Of a stretch of 64,000 nucleotides of DNA, positions 1 to 9,900 are shown one piece after another; position 1 is the first letter of the stretch, and each line of letters starts with the position of its first letter. A model generated the notes under the pieces. It saw only the letters and a list, made by a program, of their open reading frames with translations, ran no database searches and was not told the origin of the DNA. This DNA comes from a virus, in IMG/VR virus record IMGVR_UViG_3300042975_000098. One strand, 5' to 3'. The translations under genes were made by a program, and so were the position numbers.

Positions 1-24
1 GGCGCGTGCATTAATCTTCTCGCC

Positions 25-2505
25 GTGATCGGCGGCAAGTCCGGCAGTGACGGCGGTCTCATCGGCCGCATGTACACTGGGCTGTACCAAGGGCTCATCG
101 TGCTGGCGTTCGTCGCCGTCGGCGTGTGGATGCTGTATACCGGTCTCATCAAACGCAAGTACTCGACGGCGTTCTCCGGCCTCGGCTGGTCGCTGCTGCT
201 GTTCGCCATCGGCGTCATCGCCATGGTCAACCCGATGATGACGGCGAAGGCGCCGCTCGCGGTCGGAACCAGCGCCGCGTCATGCGTGATCGAGGGGCTG
301 AACGGAGTGAACTGCTTCAACCCGACCTCCGCTTCGGCCACGGACGTGAACGCGTCGGCCGGCACGGAATGCGCCATCGGCATACCGGCGGGCGCGTCGC
401 TGGATGAGCAGTTGTCCATCACGTCACGCGAGGCCAGTTGCAGCATATGGAAGGCGTTCGTCCTCGAACCGTGGGCGGTCGGCCAGTTCGGCACCAGTTA
501 CGCGAACCTGTACACGGGAGGGCTCGGCTCCACGCAGGCGTCGTTCGTCGCCGGGCTGAAGACGCCGAAGGACATGGATTACTGGAAGTCGATCACCACG
601 TCCATGTATTCTAAGGACGGCAATGGCGACGATTTCTGCTCGGATGACAAGTCTCCGTACCGTTATTCGAACATAGCCCTGTATCAGCTTGATCTCATGA
701 CCTCCTATCATGATTGCTCGGGCACGGGCGGCATAGCCTATCATGACGCTACGAGCATCCCCGGCGACTCGCGCACGTTCGCCGACTGGTACTACGTGGT
801 GGACGCGATGTTCCAGGCGAAGTCCACGGCCGGGACGAACGAGAAGGACTCGTCGTACATGTGGGAGCAATGGTACGGCGGCAACTCGTTCGCTCGGTTC
901 AACACGTCGCTGGTTGCCGTTATCGGCACCATCCTCGCCGCCATCGTGCTCGTCAGCACGGCGGTGCTGGCGCTGGTGTACATGTTCACTGGCATATTCC
1001 TCATGGCGTTCGCATCGCTGTTCCTGCTCATCGGCGTCGTTCCCGGTCGCGGCAAGAAGATTTTCCTCGGATGGTTCGAGCAGGTGGTGTCAGCCGTCCT
1101 CAAATACTTCGCCACCATACTATGGGTGCTGGTGGGCGTTCAGATGTACGGGGCCGTGCTCGGCGGGGCCTCCAACATGGGCATGACGCTGATCTTCATC
1201 GTCGTGGTGAGCATGGTCATCTGGATGTATCGCAAGGAGTTCATCAACATGATGTCACGCGTCAACATGGGCGGGCAGCAGATGAGCAACAAGCTCGGCG
1301 AGAAGATGAAGTCGATGGGCCGCGGCGCCGCCGATTACGGCAAGGCCCGCGTCGGCGGCGCGATCGGCGGGTTCGTCGGCGGCACCGATGACATGGACTC
1401 CTACTCCGGCAACATCGGCGACCGTGCGAGGACGCTTGGCCATAACATCCGCCAGCGCGCGGCGGCCGGTCACGATCGCGCCGGCTGGGCTGGCATGCAG
1501 AAGCTCAAGCAGGGCAACAACGTCATCGGCTCCGCGGCGAAGTCGTTCGATCAGGTCAAGGACGGCCGCCGCCGGGTCGCCACCAAGCAGTCGGATGACG
1601 TCGCGCAGACCATTCACACGGCGCAGGACACTCTCCGATCCGAACTCAAGGGCAACACGGTCGGCATGGACAAGACGGCGCTCGGCAGCGCGTACGCGGA
1701 CGTGTCCAAGTTCCGCGCCGAATCGACCGCGGAGCAGACTCGCAAATCCGCCCCGCATAGGGCGACGGCGGCGAAGGCGTCGCGCGCGCTCGCCGATCAC
1801 GATCGCGTCGCCAGCGCATGGGACTCGAGGATCAGTTCCGCCGCGGCGTCCGGCACGAACGTCGTGCTCTCGGACGGAGCTTCGGTGTCCTCCGCGATGC
1901 TCAAGCGCTACACGGACTACGAGGGTGCGAACAAGAAGCTCGCCGACGATGCGGCCGGGCTGATCACGCTGAGCGCGTCCGAGAAGGCCGCGCAGCAGTC
2001 GATCAAGGCTTCGAACAAGGGCGACCACGACTTCATCGCCGCGGACAAGGCGAATGTGGTCAACGATTGGGACAATAGCAACCTCGCCGGGTACGGTCTC
2101 AGCGGCATCACCGACTACACGTCGCTGGTCAAAGCGAAGGAAGATGCGGATAAGCACATCGACGAGATCCACGCGCAATACGAGCAGAAGACGAAGATGG
2201 CCGACCAGATGGATGCGTTGAAGAAACTCGAGACCATGGGCAAGGTCGCGGACATGAACGCATCAAGCCAGAACGCGCACGGCACGAACGGCAAGGTGTC
2301 GAAAGCCACCCGCGCGGCCCTCGCCAGCAACGCGACCACGGCCGCCGAGTTCCTTCACCGTGACGCCAGCGGCAAGGTGGCCGTCGACCTCGATGCCATC
2401 AAGGCATCCAGTGACCTCGACTACACGTCTCACACGTCAGGCAGGAGAATCAACCGACAGAATCTCCGCGACGACGCGCATGGCAGGAGTTCAAGCCCGT
2501 TCTGA
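25..2505 (+). CDS. VirB6/TrbL-like polytopic conjugation membrane protein, paralog 1 (5' end probably outside the window)
   Basis: Multiple TM segments, an extracellular loop with CSIWKAFVLEPWAVGQFG and a charged C-terminal tail. Motifs are shared with 6905-11527 and 11545-14022. The frame is open from base 1. Confidence 0.7.
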   Translation: MIGGKSGSDGGLIGRMYTGLYQGLIVLAFVAVGVWMLYTGLIKRKYSTAFSGLGWSLLLFAIGVIAMVNPMMTAKAPLAVGTSAASCVIEGLNGVNCFNPTSASATDVNASAGTECAIGIPAGASLDEQLSITSREASCSIWKAFVLEPWAVGQFGTSYANLYTGGLGSTQASFVAGLKTPKDMDYWKSITTSMYSKDGNGDDFCSDDKSPYRYSNIALYQLDLMTSYHDCSGTGGIAYHDATSIPGDSRTFADWYYVVDAMFQAKSTAGTNEKDSSYMWEQWYGGNSFARFNTSLVAVIGTILAAIVLVSTAVLALVYMFTGIFLMAFASLFLLIGVVPGRGKKIFLGWFEQVVSAVLKYFATILWVLVGVQMYGAVLGGASNMGMTLIFIVVVSMVIWMYRKEFINMMSRVNMGGQQMSNKLGEKMKSMGRGAADYGKARVGGAIGGFVGGTDDMDSYSGNIGDRARTLGHNIRQRAAAGHDRAGWAGMQKLKQGNNVIGSAAKSFDQVKDGRRRVATKQSDDVAQTIHTAQDTLRSELKGNTVGMDKTALGSAYADVSKFRAESTAEQTRKSAPHRATAAKASRALADHDRVASAWDSRISSAAASGTNVVLSDGASVSSAMLKRYTDYEGANKKLADDAAGLITLSASEKAAQQSIKASNKGDHDFIAADKANVVNDWDNSNLAGYGLSGITDYTSLVKAKEDADKHIDEIHAQYEQKTKMADQMDALKKLETMGKVADMNASSQNAHGTNGKVSKATRAALASNATTAAEFLHRDASGKVAVDLDAIKASSDLDYTSHTSGRRINRQNLRDDAHGRSSSPF

Positions 2506-2576
2506 CGGGCGCCGCACGTTAGATTCCCGTAGGCGTTCATGATATTCGTGAGGGCAGAGGCGAGAGGAGCAGTGAT

Positions 2577-3251
2577 TTGAACATCGAGAAACGGCTTGAC
2601 GATGGGTCGACCATCATGTCGGTCGCCATACCAGAGTTCCTTGCTTGCGTGGATTATGCCATCATAGACAAGACGAAGCGCTGGTCGTACTCGGACATGC
2701 TGGTCGACGCGGAGAAACTCGCCGGGCCGCAGACGCTCAAGGGGTACAAGAGCCTGATCGATCAGAAGCTGTTCGGCATCGACGCCGACGGCTACCCCGT
2801 CATCGAGGTCGCGGCCCGTCAGCTGGTGTGGCTCACGTCATCCATTCGCAATCATGATGTCATCGTCAACATCAAGGTGGCGGTGGACCACCGGCGCATG
2901 ACGTTCGTGTTCCTCCACGACAAGAGCTCCTGGGTGCTGTACTGGAAGTCGAAGACGGTGTACAGGTTCATCTCCGGTCTCATGGTGGAAAGCCCCGGCA
3001 TGGCGCTTCACCGCAGCATCATCCATGTGCTCGACAAGGCCAAAGTCGACAAGGTGTCCGTCGCGTTCATCGTGAAGAACGACATGGGCCGCGATCTTTC
3101 ATCGACGGTCATCGCAAGCAACGAGTACGGCGAGTACGTGGAGCAGGAACCCGACCCTATGTTCGTGTTCGATGCGCGCGCCCCGTGGCCCGTGCATTAT
3201 TCCCGGTACTCGATACTCGATAGGTTCGATGACATTCTCAAGGGGGTGTAG
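2577..3251 (+). CDS. Hypothetical protein
   Basis: 224-aa ORF with TTG start after an AGGAG SD, typical codon bias, abutting the next gene. Confidence 0.7.
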   Translation: MNIEKRLDDGSTIMSVAIPEFLACVDYAIIDKTKRWSYSDMLVDAEKLAGPQTLKGYKSLIDQKLFGIDADGYPVIEVAARQLVWLTSSIRNHDVIVNIKVAVDHRRMTFVFLHDKSSWVLYWKSKTVYRFISGLMVESPGMALHRSIIHVLDKAKVDKVSVAFIVKNDMGRDLSSTVIASNEYGEYVEQEPDPMFVFDARAPWPVHYSRYSILDRFDDILKGV

Positions 3252-3253
3252 TC

Positions 3254-5506
3254 ATGGCCCTGCGTCCACGTCACGGCGATTCGCCGGCGACGACGCCGGC
3301 TAACCCGGAGAGGGCGGGGGAACCAGCCGATGCCGCTGGCGTCAACCAGTCGGCTTCCGTCGACCCAATTACCCGGACCCCGGTCCCAGCCGTTGGCGAG
3401 ACCGTCGCCCAAGCCGGTCATCCCGCGCTCGTCGACGAGCCGCTGGCTCCGCCCGCCATGCCGATTCCAACTCCTGATCCGCATCCGCGCCGCGCCCGAC
3501 CGCATGCCGACCACGTTGCGCCTGAGCCAGATGATCAACCCGATGATGCGGGCGATGGCGAATCTCCGGGCGCCGGCGCTTCCGGTTCGCCCCGCGGACG
3601 TTCGGCCGCTTCTTCGGGCGCGCCTCCACGCCCGGTGTCACCTATGCCCGCCGGAGCGCCAGCACCGGCCTCCGCTGCCACGCCGGCTTCGTCGGCGGCG
3701 CCTCATCAGGCTTCATCGGCTCCGCATTCGACGCGGCGCCGATCATCATCGTCGGCGGCGCCGACATCCGCTGCCGCACCGGCGGGGGCGTCGCCATCGC
3801 CATCGTCATCGGCGGGCGGCCCTGCGCCACCGGCGGTTGCGTCGCCATCGTCCGGCGGCCCTGCGCCCTCGCCGACCGCCGGCCCATCGTCATCGGCGGG
3901 CGGCGGATCGTCATCATCGGCTCCGCCCTCCCCGTCGCCGCGCCGAGCCTCGTCCTCGCGGCATGCGCCGCCGCCGAACTCGTTCGCGGCGCGCGCGGCG
4001 CGGAGCATGCGCTCGTCGGCCGGTTTCGATTCGCTGACGTCGCGCGCCGCCTCGGCCATATCGGCGGCGAAGTCGCTGGGCAGTCAGGCGTGGAACACCA
4101 TCAAGTCCGTTGCCGGGAAGACGAAGCGCGCGGTTCTCGGCTTCATCTCGTTTGTGAGGAACCCGCTGGTATGGGGCACGGCGGTGTTCCTCATCGCGGC
4201 GCTGCTGTTCACATCCCTGTTCCAGACGCTTGGCAAGGATGACGTGAAGACGTCGTGCGACACCGCCGACTCCGCGTCCACGGTGAACCTCGGTGGCGAT
4301 ATCGGGAACAATGAGGATGCGAAGAAGATCGTGGCCATTCTCAACGACCCGAAGTCCGTCGGCGCCGATTCGCTGGCCGGCAAGTTCGGCAAGACGCAGA
4401 TAGCGGCGTTGCTGGGCAACTGGACCATAGAGTCATCCATGCATTTCAACGTCACCTACGGGCATCAGAAGGACGGGGCCAGCAACTCGGATCTGGCCTC
4501 CTGGCTGTCCGGGAAGTCGGTGGCCCCGATCGGGCTTGTCCAGTGGAACGGCGGTAGGGCATCCACCCTTGTCAGGCTTGCCGATTCGGAGGGCAAGCAG
4601 TGGTATGACGGTTCCGTGCAGATGAAGATGTTCCTTAACGAGATGCAGGCCGAGTATGGCAAGACGCTTGAAGGACATGGGTTCTTCTCCACCGATGATC
4701 TACAGACGGCCACGCGGATAGTCCAGGACTATTACGAGGTACCGGCGTTGCCGGGCACGCCAGCGGCCGCCGCCGAACTGTCGAAACGCTATGCCGCCGC
4801 CCAGACTGTGGCGAAGGCGATCGGCGGCATGTCCACGACGACCGTGGAAGCATCATGCGATGATGCTGGCGCGCACGGCGATCCGAGGTTCGGCAGCACG
4901 GACAACCCCGGCATCAAGGATGACGAGTGGTCGAAGGCCAGCAAGTACGCGCAGGCGACGGTGAACACGGCGATAGCGTTCGTCCAGGATGACCGGCTGT
5001 TCTACCAGCAGCTTCCGCCGAACGCGGGTGGTTATGACTGCTCGGCTTTCGTGACCGCCGTCATCGAACTGGCGACGGGGTACACGTATGCGGGCACGAA
5101 GGTCACGAAGGGATACGATCCGAAGGATTTCTTCGAGCACCGCGCGGAGAAGACCAAGCGCGACCTTCAGTGGCCAACGTACACGGGTGGCATGATGGCA
5201 GCCGTGCCGGCGTCGTCGAAAGCATACGTCGGCATGAGCAGTGACGGCGACATCGAGGGCAAGCTCCAACCGGGCGACGTGTTCGTGAATGACGAGCACA
5301 CCAAGATGTACGCGGGTCATCGCGCGTCGGACGGCAAGGTGGTGTGGGTGCAGTCATCCTGCCCGGGGGCGGAGAAATGGAAGGATATCGCTATGACGAA
5401 GAAGCGATCTGATATGGGCGTTTCCGTGAGCTCGGGCATCGATGCCGGCGATGGAATGACCTATCAGGTGTATCGACCATACGTTCTCATGGGGTCGAAC
5501 GGCTGA
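3254..5506 (+). CDS. Conjugation peptidoglycan hydrolase: Pro/Ser-rich N-terminus, TM anchor, phage-tail-lysozyme-like domain and NlpC/P60 domain (VirB1/CwlT role)
   Basis: IAALLGNWTIES...GLVQWNGGR...YEVP (lysozyme-like) and GGYDCSAFV...LQPGDVFVNDEHTKMY (NlpC/P60 Cys-His). Confidence 0.85.
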   Translation: MALRPRHGDSPATTPANPERAGEPADAAGVNQSASVDPITRTPVPAVGETVAQAGHPALVDEPLAPPAMPIPTPDPHPRRARPHADHVAPEPDDQPDDAGDGESPGAGASGSPRGRSAASSGAPPRPVSPMPAGAPAPASAATPASSAAPHQASSAPHSTRRRSSSSAAPTSAAAPAGASPSPSSSAGGPAPPAVASPSSGGPAPSPTAGPSSSAGGGSSSSAPPSPSPRRASSSRHAPPPNSFAARAARSMRSSAGFDSLTSRAASAISAAKSLGSQAWNTIKSVAGKTKRAVLGFISFVRNPLVWGTAVFLIAALLFTSLFQTLGKDDVKTSCDTADSASTVNLGGDIGNNEDAKKIVAILNDPKSVGADSLAGKFGKTQIAALLGNWTIESSMHFNVTYGHQKDGASNSDLASWLSGKSVAPIGLVQWNGGRASTLVRLADSEGKQWYDGSVQMKMFLNEMQAEYGKTLEGHGFFSTDDLQTATRIVQDYYEVPALPGTPAAAAELSKRYAAAQTVAKAIGGMSTTTVEASCDDAGAHGDPRFGSTDNPGIKDDEWSKASKYAQATVNTAIAFVQDDRLFYQQLPPNAGGYDCSAFVTAVIELATGYTYAGTKVTKGYDPKDFFEHRAEKTKRDLQWPTYTGGMMAAVPASSKAYVGMSSDGDIEGKLQPGDVFVNDEHTKMYAGHRASDGKVVWVQSSCPGAEKWKDIAMTKKRSDMGVSVSSGIDAGDGMTYQVYRPYVLMGSNG

Positions 5507-5532
5507 GCCGCCGGACTGGTATCATATGAAGC

Positions 5533-5997
5533 ATGAGAATGTCTAAGCGTTATAAGTGGATGGTGTTCGCCTTCGACCAGGGCGACATATCGTCGCGGCC
5601 GCCGCTGGCGGAGTTCAGGGCGGAGCTTCGCGCATGGGGGTACTCGGGTCGTGTCGATGCGGAGACCAAGGATGACGTGATCCTGTTCATGCGCGAACAG
5701 GTGTCGAAACGCATGTACTACGATTACAGCGGCCATGTGGACTTCGCGTCAGGGAGGTACTGCTCGGTGCAGATCCCCATGGTCGGGTTCACCGAGTACG
5801 GAGACGGGGCCAGATTCCGCCTGACCAAGGATGGCATGGTGCTCGACAAGGATGGCGGCTCCTACGATGACGTCCGGCGGCAGATCGCGGGCATCATCGC
5901 CGAGTATTCGTCCACGGCTCTCAGATACTCGGCGGGCGGCGTGGCCGAATCGTCGATATTGCGCCTACGTGATAACAAGACAGGAACTCATCGGTAG
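5533..5997 (+). CDS. Hypothetical protein
   Basis: 154-aa ORF with ATG 7 nt after GGTATCAT (leaderless geometry). Confidence 0.65.
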   Translation: MRMSKRYKWMVFAFDQGDISSRPPLAEFRAELRAWGYSGRVDAETKDDVILFMREQVSKRMYYDYSGHVDFASGRYCSVQIPMVGFTEYGDGARFRLTKDGMVLDKDGGSYDDVRRQIAGIIAEYSSTALRYSAGGVAESSILRLRDNKTGTHR

Positions 5998-6265
5998 GAT
6001 ATCGAAGACCACCGCCCTCCCCAAGGGACTTGTGAGCGAGGTGCTTGACGCGCTCGTCGACGTCGCGGACGATGAGGTCGCGTCGTCGATGGAGTTCCAG
6101 GTGCCCGGCATGTTCGTCATCAAGAGCAAGACCGTGCCCGAGAGGGAGACTGTTGACGTGAACGACCGTTCCCGCAAGGTGACGTTGCCGCGCGTCGAGA
6201 CGATATACCCGAAGCTCGCCCCGTCCTTCATCCTACGCTTCAAGGACGCCCGCCGGCGCCGCTGA
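5969..6265 (+). CDS. HU/IHF-family DNA-binding protein
   Basis: MITRQELIGRISKTTALPKGLVSEVLDAL...FQVPGMFVIK...PKLAPSFILRFK fits the HU fold. The GTG start at 5969 is 8 nt after GATATT. Confidence 0.8.
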   Translation: MITRQELIGRISKTTALPKGLVSEVLDALVDVADDEVASSMEFQVPGMFVIKSKTVPERETVDVNDRSRKVTLPRVETIYPKLAPSFILRFKDARRRR

Positions 6266-6283
6266 CGGCGATATTCGGTTGGC

Positions 6284-6844
6284 ATGAGAGAACGCAAGAA
6301 CGTACGGACGCTGACCTTCGAGATGGTCCCCAAGGACGTGCTGCGAATAGCGGCGAAGTCCATTGGCGAGGGCGCTTTGGAATCCATCTGGAGGTCCATC
6401 GAGGATCTCGCCGATGACGGCGAGGTCGTGTTCTACCTGCTTCTGCGCGTGGTCGAGGGCGATCCCGTGGGGTTCGCCCTGTTTCATTACGAGCGCATGG
6501 AGTCATCCGGTTTCTCCTATGTCATTGGCATCATCGATGCCGTCTGCACAGCGCCGGCGTACCGCGGGCAGGGTTACGGGGCGATGCTCACGTTCAACGT
6601 GCTCAAACGCATGAGCATCCACGGCGTGAACCGTATCGAGCTTGTGCTCAAGTCCGCGCCGAATGCCGACGTCTCCGCGCCCATGGGGTCGGAGAGGTTC
6701 CTGTTCGATCTGGGGTTCAAGAAGGTGGCGTACCTTCATAACCACTGGGCGCAGGATAGCATGAACCACCCCTACGACTGCCCGGTGTGCCATGGGCGCC
6801 CGGATTCATGCGTCGGCGTGCTCATGGCCATCAACGAGACCTGA
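6284..6844 (+). CDS. GNAT-family N-acetyltransferase with C-terminal Cys cluster
   Basis: Motif A VCTAPAYRGQGYGAML and C-terminal CPVC-x6-C. Confidence 0.85.
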   Translation: MRERKNVRTLTFEMVPKDVLRIAAKSIGEGALESIWRSIEDLADDGEVVFYLLLRVVEGDPVGFALFHYERMESSGFSYVIGIIDAVCTAPAYRGQGYGAMLTFNVLKRMSIHGVNRIELVLKSAPNADVSAPMGSERFLFDLGFKKVAYLHNHWAQDSMNHPYDCPVCHGRPDSCVGVLMAINET

Positions 6845-6904
6845 TTTCCATCGTCCGCGCCGCCCACGCGATATTCCTATAACGGTGGGACTCGTGAAGG
6901 GGAG

Positions 6905-9900
6905 GTGCTCGTGAACGTCGCTTATGCTGGCCGGCGACCCGTCATCGGCTCGTACCGGCCGCGGACGATCGTCCGCCGCGTGGTCGCATCGATCATGATC
7001 GTCGTGTTCCTGCTGACCGGCGTGATCGTCTCCGCGTCCGCGGCGTTGGCTGATGACGATTGTTCGCCCGGTGATTCCAACCCCGTGTACAAGCAGTTCA
7101 AGAAGGCGGCGTGCCAGGGAATTCACTCGCCGGACGGCTCCGACCCGCTCGACAAGGTGATGAGGAACGACCCGTCGAAGAATGACGAGTCGCTGGGCGT
7201 GGTCAGCCTCATCTACAATCGTATGCTCAACCCCGCGTACTACATCAACTCCGGGGTGAACGCTGGCGACGCCGACTCGTGGAAGGGTCATTGCGCGGCG
7301 TTGGATTCGCCGCCGACGTTATCGAACAACAACTGCGACGTGCCGGGGATACTCACCGAGGCCATCCAGGACGTGGCGAACGTCATCGAGCCATCGGGTA
7401 TCACCAGCGGGCAGAAGGACGTGGCGAAGACTCCGCTTGGGCTCGGCATCGCCACGTCGCTGCTTCCGACCGACGACGTGCCCGCCAAGGCGGAGGACCG
7501 CACGTACAAGTACACCGGGCTTGAGGACTTCGGATACAACCTGCAATGGGTGAGGTACGCCGGCGAGTGGGATTACGTGAAGGTGTACACCGAGGATCGT
7601 CTCAAGACGTCCATGGGCCTCGGCGACGCGATATCCCTGCCGTTCAAATCGCTGTGGTCCGGCATGAAGTCCGGGGTCGGCGTCTACTCCGATCTCGTAT
7701 CGAAGCTTTCCAGCGGCGACTACTCCGGTCTCGCCGGGTCATTGCTTCACGCCAACCCGTTCGGCTCGGCCGCCGCCGCCGGCGACGCCATGAGCTACAC
7801 GTTCCTGAGCACCGTGCTCAATGGCTATGAGCAGACCGTGGTGAAGGACGGTTCGTGGTACCGTCCGGAGTTCGCCAACTCGACGGTGTATGGGTCGCGC
7901 TCGCTTACGGACATCGAGATTGCGGCCTTGTCCCGCGTGAACGTCGTCGACCTGTGGAACCAGAACATCGCGGGGGTGCTGGGCAAGTATGGCATCGACG
8001 TCGACGGTCTGAAACGACAGTCGGCGGCGCCGGCCGCTCCGGTGAAGGACGTCAAGAAGGACAAGGACGGCAATATCGTCAAGGACAAGGACGGCAAGGA
8101 TGTCACCGAGTACGAGCCGTGGTCGAAGTGGAAGTCCGAAAACCAGAAGCAGATCGACTGGGGGAAGGCCAACCTGAACGTCGACGCGGGCAAGTATGAC
8201 GACTCGGCCGGTGATGCGCTCGACAAGTACAACGCGCTGAAGACCGAGTGGTCCAAGGCAGCCGACTCATGGGTGGAGGCGCAGTCCAAGGCGCAGGAGG
8301 ACCAGAACATGCCCTCCATCCTGTCGGATATGGGAACGCTCATCGGCGGCGCGACGTCGACGTTGCAGCAGTCCGCGTCGAATCCGTCGTCGGCCCTGTA
8401 CTGCGCCGATGACGAGAACCAGCCGGTCGGCTCCGCCAGCAACGCCATCGTGAAGTCGGCCGTCTCCAAGGGGCTGCGCGACCCCGGCAAGGAGGCGTTC
8501 GACGCGGATGGGAACTGGGCGTGCGGCGGCTCACCGCGCCCGACCATCGTCGGCGGGCTGTTGGGCTCCGCCGGCGACGAGCAGCAGAAGGCCTCCAAGG
8601 ACACGAGACGCACCGCATGGGGCGGGTTCAACATCATGGACACGCTGCTGTGGAACAAGTTCGATTGGCTCTCCCAGAAGATACTCGGCGCCAGCCAATG
8701 GCTGGCCATGCTGACGAACCAACTCATCGCCATGAGCTACCAGCCGATACTCACGCAGCTTGGTCTGAAGGCGCTGACCATCAAACTCGTCACGGCGTTC
8801 AAGGACACGATATACATGAACCTGCTGGTGCTGTTCATCGCCATCGCCGCGCTCATGATACTGCTGCGGTTCACGAAGGGCGAGTGGACCGCGAGCTTCG
8901 GCCAGATCGGCGGTCTCGGGATGACGATCGGGCTCGGCATCATCGTGCTGCTGTCGCCCTCGGCCATCTTCACACTCGTTGATGACGCGCCATCGATGCT
9001 CGAACGCGCGGGCATGGCCACGATACTCCAGCCGTCCGCGAACGATGCCGTCTGCAGTGCGACGGGAACGGCGAAGGGCACCATATCGGTCGGCGATTAC
9101 GTCGACCTGTTCGGCAAGGACACCGGTTTCAACCCTGATTCCACAGTGCGGACCATGCAGTGCGACGTGTGGAAGGCGTTCGTCCTCAACCCATGGGCCT
9201 TCGGCCAGTTCGGAACCAACATCGACAACCTGTACGCCGACGGCCACGCCGGCGAGGGCGATTCCGGCGCATCGGATATGAAGACCAGCACCGACGTCCG
9301 GAAGATCGTGGGCGACGCCGCGGTCAACATGGGCGACGGGAAGATCGTCAACAACTGGGGGATCTACCAGTTGTCGCATGAGCTGTCCGGATCGTCGACG
9401 ACCGTGGACGCGACGGCGACGAACGGCGTCATCGACAAGGACCTGTACCGGCTCGTCGATCTCCAGGCCGGGCCGGATAACGCGGCCGGTCGCACCACGA
9501 AGTACTTCGAGGCTTGGAAGGGCTCGACGGCATCGCGCATGCTCGTGGCGATCGTGGCGCTGGCGTCGAACGTCATGGCGCTTATCGGACTTGGCGGTCT
9601 GGCTCTGCGCAAGATCGAGTACACGGTGCTCATGTGCCTGTTCCTCATGATCCTGCCGTTCATGCTGCTCATCGGTCTGCTGCCCGGGAACAGCAGGATG
9701 AAGCTCAAGTCGTACGGCTGGGAGATTCTCGGGCTGGTGCTCAAGCGCGTGTTCTCGGTGATCATCCTCACCGTTGGCATCATGGTGGTGCTCGGAGGGC
9801 AGACTGGCGACTCGGACTTCTTCACCCAGTCGTTGGCGACGATGGCGCTCGCGGGCGTGGTGATGATCTACGGGCCGAAGCTTCTTGGGCTCATGTCATC

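Noticed and set aside
3640-3960. TCGTCG/CCG-rich repetitive DNA in the hydrolase gene
   Set aside because: Explained by a Ser/Pro/Ala low-complexity protein linker.
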